The notes beneath the pieces are model-generated. The model had not been told where the DNA came from, searched no databases, and saw only the letters and a list, made by a program, of their open reading frames with translations. Shown here piece by piece: positions 7,965 to 16,634 of a stretch of DNA of 38,408 nt. The translations under genes and the position numbers were made by a program. The stretch comes from Rhodospirillales bacterium (GTDB lineage Bacteria; Pseudomonadota; Alphaproteobacteria; Rhodospirillales; JASLLV01), in assembly GCA_030746935.1 (NCBI GenBank), contig JASLLV010000003.1, positions 1 to 38,408 of the forward strand, in the 5' to 3' direction. The first letter of the stretch is position 1. Each line of letters starts with the position of its first letter.

Positions 7965-9350
7965 ATGATCCCACCCGATCCCCTGGAAGGCATCGGCATC
8001 GTTGGCTTCGCGCGCGCGTTGCGGGCGGGGCGCACGAGCGCCGAGGCGACGGCAGACGCCTATCTTCGGCGGATCGACGCGCTGGATGATCGCCTTGGCG
8101 CCTTCGAGACCGTGGCGCCGAATGCCGCGCTCGGCGCAGCGCGGGCCATGGACCAAATGCTGGCTTGCGGGATCGACCTCGGTCCGTTGATGGGTGTGCC
8201 GGTGGCCATCAAGGACATCGTCGCGGTCGACGGCCTGCCGACCCGGGCCGGCTCGAACGTGGACGTGAGTGATCTGATCGGCCCCGAAGGCGGCTTCGTT
8301 CGCATGCTCAAGCGGGCCGGATGCGTGATCCTGGGCAAGACGAAGACGGTGGAATTCGCCATGGGCGGCACCGGGATCGGGCGTTCGCGAGGGACCCCGT
8401 GGAACCCCTGCGACCCACAAGTCCACCGCATCCCCGGCGGATCTTCAAGCGGCTCAGGCGTCGCCACTGCCGCCGGACTATGCGGCTTCGCGGTCGGCTC
8501 CGACACCGGCGGCTCGGTGCGCACACCGGCCGCCCACTGCGGCGTTTTCGGCCTCAAGACCACCAAGGGCTTGTGGCCCACCGACGGCGTATTTCCGCTG
8601 TGCCCGACCCTGGATACCCTGGGCCTTTTGACCCGCTCGGCCGCGGACGCGGCGGTGGCCTTCGCCGCGCTTCAAGGCGAAGCAGAGCCGCAGCCGGCAA
8701 CGGTGGCGGGCCTTCGCCTCGGCCGGCCGGCCAATCATTTCTTCGATCATGTGGACGAAGAGGTGGCCGCCTGCGTCGGACGCGCGATCGATGCGATCAG
8801 GCGCGCCGGCGCGAACATCGTCGAGATCGAGATCGCCGAGGCCGCCCGCGCATGGCCCGAACTCCACGCCTTCGTCGCCACCGAACTGGTGGCCGAGTTG
8901 GGGGGACGGGACGGCTTCGAGTCCAAGCGCCGGGACATGGACCCGGACGTGGCGGCCCGGACCGAGCCGGGGCGCGAGCTTTCGGCGGACGCGTACGCAC
9001 GGCTCCGCGAACGCCACGTCGCCTATCGCCGGATCGGGGATGTGCGGATGAAGGGCCTGGATGGCTGGATCACGCCCACGGTCCCCTATTCGCCGCGCCC
9101 CGTCGCCGACTTCGACGACGCGGCGCTGGCCGAGCGACTGGTGCCCGTGGGCTCGGCCAACACCCGGATCGGCAATCTCTTCGGGCTTTCGGCGGTGTCG
9201 ATCCCGGTGCACCATCTCGGCAGCCGGCTGCCGGCGGGCATGCAGATCCTGTGTGGCGGCGGCGAGGACGCCCGCGTGCTCGCGATCGCGTGCGCCATCG
9301 AAGCCGTGATCGGCACCCCGCCGAGGCCCAACCTCTCGGGCTTTCTCTGA
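7965..9350 (+). CDS. Amidase-signature (AS) family amidase
   Basis: 'PVAIKD', 'GGSSSGSGVA', 'GSDTGGSVRTPA'; the Ser-cisSer-Lys triad is intact. ATG at 7965 preferred over the 7854 ORF start. Confidence 0.92.
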   Translation: MIPPDPLEGIGIVGFARALRAGRTSAEATADAYLRRIDALDDRLGAFETVAPNAALGAARAMDQMLACGIDLGPLMGVPVAIKDIVAVDGLPTRAGSNVDVSDLIGPEGGFVRMLKRAGCVILGKTKTVEFAMGGTGIGRSRGTPWNPCDPQVHRIPGGSSSGSGVATAAGLCGFAVGSDTGGSVRTPAAHCGVFGLKTTKGLWPTDGVFPLCPTLDTLGLLTRSAADAAVAFAALQGEAEPQPATVAGLRLGRPANHFFDHVDEEVAACVGRAIDAIRRAGANIVEIEIAEAARAWPELHAFVATELVAELGGRDGFESKRRDMDPDVAARTEPGRELSADAYARLRERHVAYRRIGDVRMKGLDGWITPTVPYSPRPVADFDDAALAERLVPVGSANTRIGNLFGLSAVSIPVHHLGSRLPAGMQILCGGGEDARVLAIACAIEAVIGTPPRPNLSGFL

Positions 9351-9398
9351 GGCGCCCTACCCCGGCGGTGGCTCGGATCTGACCAACGGCATCGAGCG

Positions 9399-10157
9399 GT
9401 GGCAATGCCCCAGGATCCATCTCCATCGAGACCGCGGACCGATCGGCTCGCAAGCCGATTTGTCCTGTCAGGTCTCGTGGCAACAATCCTTGTATTTCAA
9501 AACGGGCCGGTCTCTTGGGCACAAGATGCGAACCCCGATGTCATATTCGAAAACGAGCACAAGCCGATTCCCGTCAAAGGAATTCCGGGGAATTTCATCG
9601 GCAAGAATTGAAGCGATGCGGAAAAGAATGACGTTCTTGGATTATTGAAACAGACAGAGGCGGTGTCCGGCGGGCTCGTTCGTCGCGTGATCTATTATCG
9701 TCCATTACGTGCGTACCGCACGGAAAAGGGAGGAGCACTCGATAATTCCGTGCCCGCATTTTCTTACGATGAAACCAATGCAGTCGTACTTCGAGATTCT
9801 TTCTTCCGCTTGGATCCGATCGCCAGGCTTGGGTTCCTTGTCCATGAGTTGACGCATCTTGCCGACGTCGGGCGAAGAATCAGCAAGAGCAAGGAATGGG
9901 CGGACCTGATTCATCCGAGGATCAGGAAAATTCGCGAGATGCTCGGAGCGCCCGGAACCGGCGCCGACGTACCCACGGGTTCCGCCGCCAAGGAAATTGC
10001 GCGCGCGAACGGGTTGCCAAGCACATACGCCGCGACCGCCGCCGGAGAAGCTCTCGCTGAGATCGTGGCATACCACCTGATCGCTTCGTCTTACGAGGCA
10101 CCGGAACCAATTCGACGGTTCATCACCGCCCACGAACTAGCGCACCTTGCGCCATGA
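9399..10157 (+). pseudogene. Secreted HExxH zinc-metallopeptidase-like gene interrupted by one in-frame TGA
   Basis: ORFs 9399-9611 and 9645-10157 share a frame and the only stop between them is TGA at 9609-9611. Signal-like N-terminus, HELTH at 9843-9857, downstream 'EALAE'. Confidence 0.6.
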
Positions 10158-10373
10158 TATTTCGCCTCCCGGCTCTTGCACGATCATGACGTCGAATCGC
10201 ATCGGCACCTTTTGCGAAAACGCGAATCCCACGGTGGCGCCCGGCACGGCCAGCCCGATGATGACCAAAATGCGAAATCGACGCTGAATCAGACCGAAGA
10301 GGATCAATCCTCCGCCAACCACGACGCTGGCGTAGGTCAGATAGTCGAGAAACAGCGTGTCTTCGGCGAGCAT
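10137..10373 (-). CDS. Small membrane protein (2 TM), possibly truncated
   Basis: Two hydrophobic segments separated by QRRFR. The 3' end overlaps the end of the HExxH ORF. Confidence 0.45.
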   Translation of the reverse strand: MLAEDTLFLDYLTYASVVVGGGLILFGLIQRRFRILVIIGLAVPGATVGFAFSQKVPMRFDVMIVQEPGGEISWRKVR

Positions 10374-10619
10374 CACCAATCCCGTGGTTACGCCACTCTG
10401 GGATCCGCGCAAATCTTGGCGCCGAACTTGGGGCCAATATACCGCCGATATCGATGAGCACAGACTTACAGAATCTCATGACAGGCGCGACATCGGATCC
10501 CGAATCCCAGCACGCTCCGCCGCCGATGGAACCGTGCGCGCGTTTCTGCTAGCCTTCGCACCGCACCGCGTCGCGAGAAGAGAGGCATCCAGCCGTCCCC
10601 GGAACCGGAAGCGAATGCC

Positions 10620-11597
10620 ATGTCCGAAAGTATGGATTGGGAAATCAGCGCGGCCGCTCAGCCGAACCCTGACGACTACGACTTCGATCTGGCGCGCGCA
10701 CTGAGCTGCGTCGTCTCGCTGCGCGCCCAAATTCCGCCGAACGCGTTTACCGCCCAGATCCTGGGGACCGAGCGCGGCGGCAACGGCGTCCAGATCGGCG
10801 ACGACGGGCTTGTGCTCACCGTCGGCTATCTCATCACCGAGGCTGATCAGGTCTGGCTCGTCGACGCGCATGGCAAGGCCGCCAACGCCCACGTGGTGGG
10901 CTATGATCAAGAGACTGGATTCGGCTTAGTCCAGGCCCTGGAACCCTTGGCCGCCGAGACCATCGCGCTCGGGGAATCAGCCGATCTGCGCGTCGGTGAT
11001 CCGGTCGTCGTCGCCGGACACGGCGGCCGGCGGCGCTCGGTCGCCGCCCAAGTGGTGGCGAAGCGCGAGTTCGCGGGCTACTGGGAGTACGTGCTCGACG
11101 AGGGCATCTTCACCGCGCCCCCGCATCCCAATTGGGGCGGGGCCGGATTGATCGGCGCCGAGGGCACGCTTCTCGGCATCGGCTCGCTCCTGATTCGCCA
11201 GGCCGGACCGGGCGAGGAAGGCATCGACGGCAACATGGTGGTTCCCATCGACATCCTGAAGCCGATCCTCGACGATTTGATGCGCTACGGGCAGACGCGA
11301 AAACCGCCGCGGCCCTGGCTCGGCATGCTGGCGATGGAGGCGGAAGACCGGCTCGTGGTCGCCGGCATGACCAACGGCGGTCCCGCGCACAAGGCCGAAG
11401 TCCGCGTCGGCGACATCGTCGTCGAGGTGGACGGCGAACCCGTCGACGAGCTCGCGAACATGTTCCGCCGCGTCTGGGCGATGGGGGACGCCGGCGTCGA
11501 CGTACCGCTGACGCTGCTGCGCGAAGACGAGACCGTCCACATCCGGGTGCGGTCCGCCAGCCGCGGCGACTTCCTGATCGCGCCCCAGGTGCATTGA
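10620..11597 (+). CDS. HtrA/S1C trypsin-fold protein with PDZ domain, catalytic triad apparently absent
   Basis: 'GGNGVQIGDDGLVLTVGYL', 'LRVGDPVV', 'PNWGGAGL', PDZ 'RPWLGM...GPAHKAEVRVGDIVVEVDG'. Confidence 0.85.
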   Translation: MSESMDWEISAAAQPNPDDYDFDLARALSCVVSLRAQIPPNAFTAQILGTERGGNGVQIGDDGLVLTVGYLITEADQVWLVDAHGKAANAHVVGYDQETGFGLVQALEPLAAETIALGESADLRVGDPVVVAGHGGRRRSVAAQVVAKREFAGYWEYVLDEGIFTAPPHPNWGGAGLIGAEGTLLGIGSLLIRQAGPGEEGIDGNMVVPIDILKPILDDLMRYGQTRKPPRPWLGMLAMEAEDRLVVAGMTNGGPAHKAEVRVGDIVVEVDGEPVDELANMFRRVWAMGDAGVDVPLTLLREDETVHIRVRSASRGDFLIAPQVH

Positions 11598-11690
11598 GGC
11601 CGCCTGGGCGGTTGCGCCACGCCGCCAAATGATGGAAACATGGTCCCAGGCCGTTTCGCGGCCGAAGGGAAAATCGTTGGGGCCGGGGAG

Positions 11691-12311
11691 ATGTTTCGTC
11701 GGGCCGTTTTCAGCCTGCTCGTCGCCGCGGTCGTCGGCGTGCCCGGAGTTGCCGCCCAGCCGGCACAGGCCGCAGGCGCGTCCGAATTCATCCGCACACT
11801 CGGTGACGAGGCGATCCGGGTGCTGCAAGACCCTGACGCGACCCTCGAGCACCGCGAGGCCACCTTCCGAACGCTCCTGAAAGACGGCTTCGACATCGCC
11901 TTTCTCGGGCGCTTCGTCCTCGGCCAGCAGTGGCGGCGGGCGAGCCCCGAGCAGCAAAGCGAATACCAGGAGCTGTTCGGCGAATACATCCTCGCCACCT
12001 ATTCGTCGCGCTTCGGCGGCTATGCGGGCGAGGCGCTGACCATCATCGGCGAACGCGCGGCGGGGAAACGGGACGCGGTGGTGAGCACCCGAATCGACCG
12101 GCCCAGCGGCGCTCCCATTCGGGCCGACTGGCGGGTCCGCGCCGACGCGGGCACCTTTCGGATCATCGACGTCTCGGTCGAAGGGGTCAGCATGGCGATC
12201 ACGCACCGCTCGGAATTCGGGGCGCTCGTGCAGCGAAGCGGCATCGACGGGCTGATGGGGGTGCTGCGCGCGCGGGTCGAAAAGATGCCGGCAACGGCAG
12301 CGCTCCAATGA
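11691..12311 (+). CDS. mlaC: MlaC/Ttg2D family phospholipid-binding periplasmic protein
   Basis: Signal peptide, 'FDIAFLGRFVLGQQWR', 'FRIIDVSVEGVSMAITHRSEF...GIDGL'. Confidence 0.88.
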   Translation: MFRRAVFSLLVAAVVGVPGVAAQPAQAAGASEFIRTLGDEAIRVLQDPDATLEHREATFRTLLKDGFDIAFLGRFVLGQQWRRASPEQQSEYQELFGEYILATYSSRFGGYAGEALTIIGERAAGKRDAVVSTRIDRPSGAPIRADWRVRADAGTFRIIDVSVEGVSMAITHRSEFGALVQRSGIDGLMGVLRARVEKMPATAALQ

Positions 12312-13177
12312 GCGCGGCGCAGGCCACCCGCGGGCGCCACGGAAACGCCGGCCGGCGTCACGGCGCCTGCCTGCGGGCGACGGGTTTTCGCGGCCTGGCC
12401 GCAGTGGCCCTTTTCGTCCTTCTTGGCGGATGCGCCGCCGGGGCCGATTTCGAGGCCGGCTGGAAGGCCTACCAGGAAGGCGATTTCGCCACCGCGCTCG
12501 GCGAATGGCGGGCCCTGGCGAATGATGGCGACGCCCGGGCCGAATACAACCTCGGCATCCTCTACGACCAGGGCAAGGGCGTCGATCGCGACGTGGCCGC
12601 GGCGGCGGCGCTGTGGCGCCGGGCGGCGGAAAATGGCTACGCGCCCGCCCAGCACAACTTGGCGGCGAGCCTGATCGCCGGCGACGGGATCGAACAGGAC
12701 TTCGCCCAGGCCCTTTCGTGGCTCAAGAAGGCGGCCAACCAGGGGCTCGACCGCTCCATCTACACGCTCGGCAAGATGTACACCTACGGCCTCAGCGTGG
12801 ACGCCGACCCGCGCCGGGCCTTCACCCTGTTCCTCGACGCCGCCAAGAAGGGGAACGTGCGCGCCCAGTACAACCTCGGCAAGATGTACCGCGACGGCGA
12901 CGGCACCGAAAAGGATTTGAGCGCGGCGGTCGCCTGGTACCGGCGCGCCGCCGACAAGGGCTACGCCAAGGCCCAGGACAGCTTGGGGCGCCGCTACACG
13001 TTCGGCGAGGGCGTCTCGGCCGATCCGGTCCAGGCGCTCTTCTGGACCCTGCTTGCGGCGAACCAGGGGCTCGAGCGAGCACACGCCAACCGCGACGAGC
13101 TGAAGGCGCAGATGTCGGCCGAGGATGTCGCCCGTGCGGAACGACTGGTGGCCGATTGGACGCCGGCCGCCGATTAG
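12308..13177 (+). CDS. Sel1-like repeat (TPR) protein, probable lipoprotein or exported protein
   Basis: About 5 Sel1 repeats (AEYNLGILYDQGKGV, AQYNLGKMYRDGDGT and others), 'LLGGC' lipobox-like motif, ATGA overlap with mlaC. Confidence 0.9.
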   Translation: MSAAQATRGRHGNAGRRHGACLRATGFRGLAAVALFVLLGGCAAGADFEAGWKAYQEGDFATALGEWRALANDGDARAEYNLGILYDQGKGVDRDVAAAAALWRRAAENGYAPAQHNLAASLIAGDGIEQDFAQALSWLKKAANQGLDRSIYTLGKMYTYGLSVDADPRRAFTLFLDAAKKGNVRAQYNLGKMYRDGDGTEKDLSAAVAWYRRAADKGYAKAQDSLGRRYTFGEGVSADPVQALFWTLLAANQGLERAHANRDELKAQMSAEDVARAERLVADWTPAAD

Positions 13178-13288
13178 GTCACGATGATTCTGGATAGACT
13201 CAGTCTAAAATCATGAACGTGATCGATTCCAATAAGCCGAAGCGGGAAGCGTGCGGACAATCGGTTCCCGCTTTTCCTCATCCCACTG
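13175..13288. repeat. Composite palindromic intergenic repeat (RIME/MITE-like)
   Basis: Begins at the Sel1 TAG stop. Nested palindromes TCACG-ATGATT...TAGACT-C-AGTCTA...AATCAT-gaa-CGTGA, then GCGGGAA...TTCCCGC and TTTTCCTCATCCC. Locally AT-richer. Confidence 0.6.
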
Positions 13289-14535
13289 GCGCGCGGTCGC
13301 CCTTCGGCGAGCTTTCTGACGTCGTGCCGGCCCGGGCCCGCCCCCTACCCACCCGCAAACGCAATTTCGCCATCCTCGCGGCTCTCGTTGTCGTCGCGAC
13401 CGCGTTCCCGGCCGCGGCAGCGGTCCCGGCGCATGTGAGCGCACAAATCCAGGCCTTGGTCCGCGAGAGCCAGGACATTGCCGAGCGCGACCGCAACCTC
13501 GCACGCACCTTGAACGACCCGGCGCTGGGGGTGCTGAGCGCGCGCCGCAACCACCTGCGTACGGAATCCCTCATCAACGCGATCGTGATCGCCGCGATCA
13601 TCGAATCACCGGCGCTGGCGCCCGACGTGGTGGCAACGGCCGTCGCCCATCTGCCCGATATGCGCGACAGCATCGCCCGGGCCGCAAGCGCCGCCTTTCC
13701 CGGATTCGCCGCGGCCATTACCAGGGCCGCGGGTACCGCGCCGCAAGCCGCACCCGCAATACCGCGCGCGGTTTCGCGGGCGCCTGCGCCTTCGTCCGGT
13801 CCCGCCCCGGAGTCCGCGCCGCCAGGTGCCGATGCGTTCGCGGACGGCGGCGACGATACGGCTGGCAGGACGGACGCAGACCCCGGCATTTACGACCCGC
13901 TCGAGTCGGTCAACCGCGGTATCCTCGTCTTCAACGACGCCGTCGACGCCGTGCTCATCAAGCCGGCGGCGAAGTTCTACGGTTTCGTCACGCCGGAGTT
14001 CGCCAAACGCGGCGTGCGCAACTTCATCCGCAACCTGAACGCGCCGGTAGTGCTGGCCAACGATCTCCTCCAGCTCGAGGGCGGCGACGCCGCTGTGACG
14101 GTCGGGCGTTTCGTGGTCAATACCGTCTTCGGTGTCGCCGGCTTCGCCGAGGTGGCCGAGGAATGGGAACTGCCCTACCACCCGGCCGACTTCGGCCAAA
14201 CGCTCAACACCTACGGCTCGGGCCCAGGGGCGTATTTGATGCTGCCGATCCTCGGTCCAAGCACGCTCCGCGACGGGATCGGCACCGGCGTCGACATCTT
14301 CTTCCACCCCTTCACCTATCTGTTCGACACCCCGACCAATCTCGCCATTACCGGCGGCAAGGCACTGGTCCGCCGCGAGAGCTTGATCGAGCCCCTGGAC
14401 GATCTTCGCGCCACCGCGATCGACTACTACGCGGCGCTGAGAAGCGCTTATTTCCAGGACCGCGCGGTCGAACTCAATAAAGGCGCGCCCCCGGCCTCGC
14501 CCGAAGTGGACCGGATGTTCGAGGAATTCGAGTAA
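13213..14535 (+). CDS. mlaA: VacJ/MlaA family protein with long N-terminal extension
   Basis: 'YDPLESVNR', 'GRFVVNTVFGVAG', 'DFGQTL', 'YLMLPILGPSTLRDG', 'DYYAALRSAYFQ'. The true start is uncertain and probably downstream (e.g. GTG at 13324), because the 13213 ATG lies inside a repeat. Confidence 0.88.
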   Translation: MNVIDSNKPKREACGQSVPAFPHPTGARSPFGELSDVVPARARPLPTRKRNFAILAALVVVATAFPAAAAVPAHVSAQIQALVRESQDIAERDRNLARTLNDPALGVLSARRNHLRTESLINAIVIAAIIESPALAPDVVATAVAHLPDMRDSIARAASAAFPGFAAAITRAAGTAPQAAPAIPRAVSRAPAPSSGPAPESAPPGADAFADGGDDTAGRTDADPGIYDPLESVNRGILVFNDAVDAVLIKPAAKFYGFVTPEFAKRGVRNFIRNLNAPVVLANDLLQLEGGDAAVTVGRFVVNTVFGVAGFAEVAEEWELPYHPADFGQTLNTYGSGPGAYLMLPILGPSTLRDGIGTGVDIFFHPFTYLFDTPTNLAITGGKALVRRESLIEPLDDLRATAIDYYAALRSAYFQDRAVELNKGAPPASPEVDRMFEEFE

Positions 14536-14543
14536 GGGGACCC

Positions 14544-15848
14544 ATGCCGGCGATCTGCCGCGATTGCGAAGCCCACTGGCAGGACGCGCAAGCGAGCGCC
14601 GCGTGTGCAGCTTGCGGGTCTTCGCGGGTGCTCGCCCATCCCGAGCTCGACCGCCTTTCGATCGCCCATGTGGACTGCGACGCTTTCTACGCTGCCGTCG
14701 AGAAGCGCGACCGGCCCGAACTGCGCGCGCTCCCCGTCATCGTCGGGGGCGGAAGGCGCGGCGTCGTCATGGCGTCCTGCTACGTCGCGAGAAAGTCCGG
14801 GCTGCGCTCGGCGATGCCCATGTTCAAGGCGTTGAAGCTCTGCCCCGAGGCCACCGTCATCCGCCCAGAAATGGAGAAGTACCGCGCCGTGGGTGCCGAG
14901 GTTCGGGCGCTGATGCGGGACGTGACCCCGCTGGTCGAGCCTTTGAGCGTGGATGAGGCGTTCCTCGATCTTTCCGGCACCGAGGTGCTGCACGGCGGCT
15001 GGCCGGCGTGGACGCTGGCGCGGCTGATGCGCCGAATCGAAGACGCCGTCGGCGTCACCGCCTCGGTCGGCTTGAGCTACAACAAGTCGCTCGCCAAGAT
15101 CGCGTCGGATTTGGAAAAGCCGCGGGGTTTCGCCGTCATCGGCAGGGCCGAGGCGGTCGCGTTCCTGGCGCCAAAGCCCGTCGCCCTGATCTGGGGCGTC
15201 GGCCCGGCGCTCGCAAAGCGGCTCGAAGGCGACGGCATCGCGACCATCGGCGAGCTTCGGATGCGGGACGAAGCGGAACTCGTGGCCCGCTACGGGGCCA
15301 TGGGGCAAAGGCTCGCGCGCTTCGCCCGGGGTGAGGATACGCGCGCCGTCGAGCCCCACGCGGCGGCCAAGAGCATCTCGGCCGAGACCACGTTCGAGGA
15401 CGACTTGGCGGATCTGGACGCGCTCGCGGGCATCTTGTGGGGACTTGCGGAGAAGGTGGCGCGGCGGCTCAAGGACGCAGAGCTGGGCGCCGGCACGGTG
15501 ACGCTCAAGCTCAAGACCGCGGGCTTTCGCACCATCACGCGCTCGCGGACGCTGACCGCCCCGACCCGCCTTGCAGAAGTGCTCTACCGCACCGGCCACA
15601 CGCTTTTGGAAGGCGAGGCCGACGGCCGCGCCTTCCGCCTGATTGGGATCGGCACCGCCAACTTCGTGGACGCCGCGAGCGCCGACCCGCCCGATCTCGC
15701 CGAGCCCGACAAGGAGCGCTGGGAGCGGATCGAGACCGCCGTTGACTCCGTGCGCTCGCGCTTCGGCGGCCAAGCCATCGTCAAGGGCCGCGCCTGGCGG
15801 AAACGGGCGACGAGCGCGACCGGGAAAGCCCGGGGGGCCCCGTCGTGA
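14544..15848 (+). CDS. dinB: DNA polymerase IV (Y-family) with N-terminal CxxC..CxxC Zn ribbon
   Basis: 'HVDCDAFYAAVE', 'SCYVAR', 'SVDEAFLD', 'AKIASDLEKP', 'KSISAETTF'. Confidence 0.95.
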   Translation: MPAICRDCEAHWQDAQASAACAACGSSRVLAHPELDRLSIAHVDCDAFYAAVEKRDRPELRALPVIVGGGRRGVVMASCYVARKSGLRSAMPMFKALKLCPEATVIRPEMEKYRAVGAEVRALMRDVTPLVEPLSVDEAFLDLSGTEVLHGGWPAWTLARLMRRIEDAVGVTASVGLSYNKSLAKIASDLEKPRGFAVIGRAEAVAFLAPKPVALIWGVGPALAKRLEGDGIATIGELRMRDEAELVARYGAMGQRLARFARGEDTRAVEPHAAAKSISAETTFEDDLADLDALAGILWGLAEKVARRLKDAELGAGTVTLKLKTAGFRTITRSRTLTAPTRLAEVLYRTGHTLLEGEADGRAFRLIGIGTANFVDAASADPPDLAEPDKERWERIETAVDSVRSRFGGQAIVKGRAWRKRATSATGKARGAPS

Positions 15849-16603
15849 GCACGCCAGCAGTTCGCGGCTTTCGCTTCGAAGCGAGCCCGCGCCGGGTGCG
15901 GGGCAAGTCCGGGCGCGCCACCGTCGCCGATTCGAAGCATGCCCGGCTGCTGTTCGAACCCGGCAGGATTCCCGTCTATTGGTTCCCGAAGACCGACGTG
16001 CGCATGGACCTGTTGGAGCCGGCGGGCCGGGGCAAGCGCGATTCCAAGGGAACGCCGGCGCTCTTTCACGTCGTTATGGGGCGGAAGCGAGCCCCCGACG
16101 CGGCCTTCACATACGCGCGGACGCCCGCGGGCGTGCCGACGCTAAAAGATCACGTCGCCTTCGTCTGGGAAGCCATGGACGCCTGGTACGAAGAAGACGA
16201 AGAGATCTTCGTCCACGCCCGCGATCCCTACAAGCGGGTGGACGCAATCCGCTCCAGGCGCCACGTCGAGGTGGCGCTGGGCGGGACAGTGCTCGCCGAG
16301 ACCCGAAAGCCCGTTCTCTTGTTCGAGACCGGCTTGCCGACGCGCTACTACTTGCCGCGCGCCGACGTCAGAACCCGGCTCTTGGTGCCGAGCCCTACCC
16401 TCACCCGCTGCCCCTACAAGGGCGTCGCGTCGTACTACTCGGTCCGCATCGGCGCAGCCCTCCATGCCGATCTGGTCTGGACTTACCCAGACCCGATCCC
16501 GGAATGCCCCAAGATCAAAGGGTTGCTGTGCTTCTACAACGAGAAGGTGGACATCACCGCAGACGGCGTCGTGCTGAAGCGCCCGAAGACCCATTGGTCT
16601 TGA
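15845..16603 (+). CDS. Tandem DUF427 domain protein
   Basis: Two repeats of 'LLFE...P-x-Y-x-x-P', 'HARDPYKRVD', 'CPYKGVASYY'. GTGA overlap with dinB. Confidence 0.88.
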   Translation: MSTPAVRGFRFEASPRRVRGKSGRATVADSKHARLLFEPGRIPVYWFPKTDVRMDLLEPAGRGKRDSKGTPALFHVVMGRKRAPDAAFTYARTPAGVPTLKDHVAFVWEAMDAWYEEDEEIFVHARDPYKRVDAIRSRRHVEVALGGTVLAETRKPVLLFETGLPTRYYLPRADVRTRLLVPSPTLTRCPYKGVASYYSVRIGAALHADLVWTYPDPIPECPKIKGLLCFYNEKVDITADGVVLKRPKTHWS

Positions 16604-16634
16604 CCGAGACGGCAATCAACACACGGCAAGCCTC

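Noticed and set aside
9609-9660. Selenocysteine recoding of the in-frame TGA
   Set aside because: No evident SECIS stem-loop 3' of the TGA and no redox-motif context; Trp-to-stop is simpler.
12480-13080. Periodic nucleotide similarity (e.g. TACAACCTCGGC twice) as a repeat array or CRISPR
   Set aside because: Explained by Sel1 protein repeats. No repeat-spacer array was seen anywhere in the window.
14505-14543. Alphaproteobacterial LexA box (GTTC-N7-GTTC) upstream of dinB
   Set aside because: GTTC at 14517 is not followed by a second GTTC at the required spacing.
14544-14640. N-terminal Zn ribbon on DinB as a novelty
   Set aside because: To my knowledge this is the common architecture of alphaproteobacterial Pol IV.
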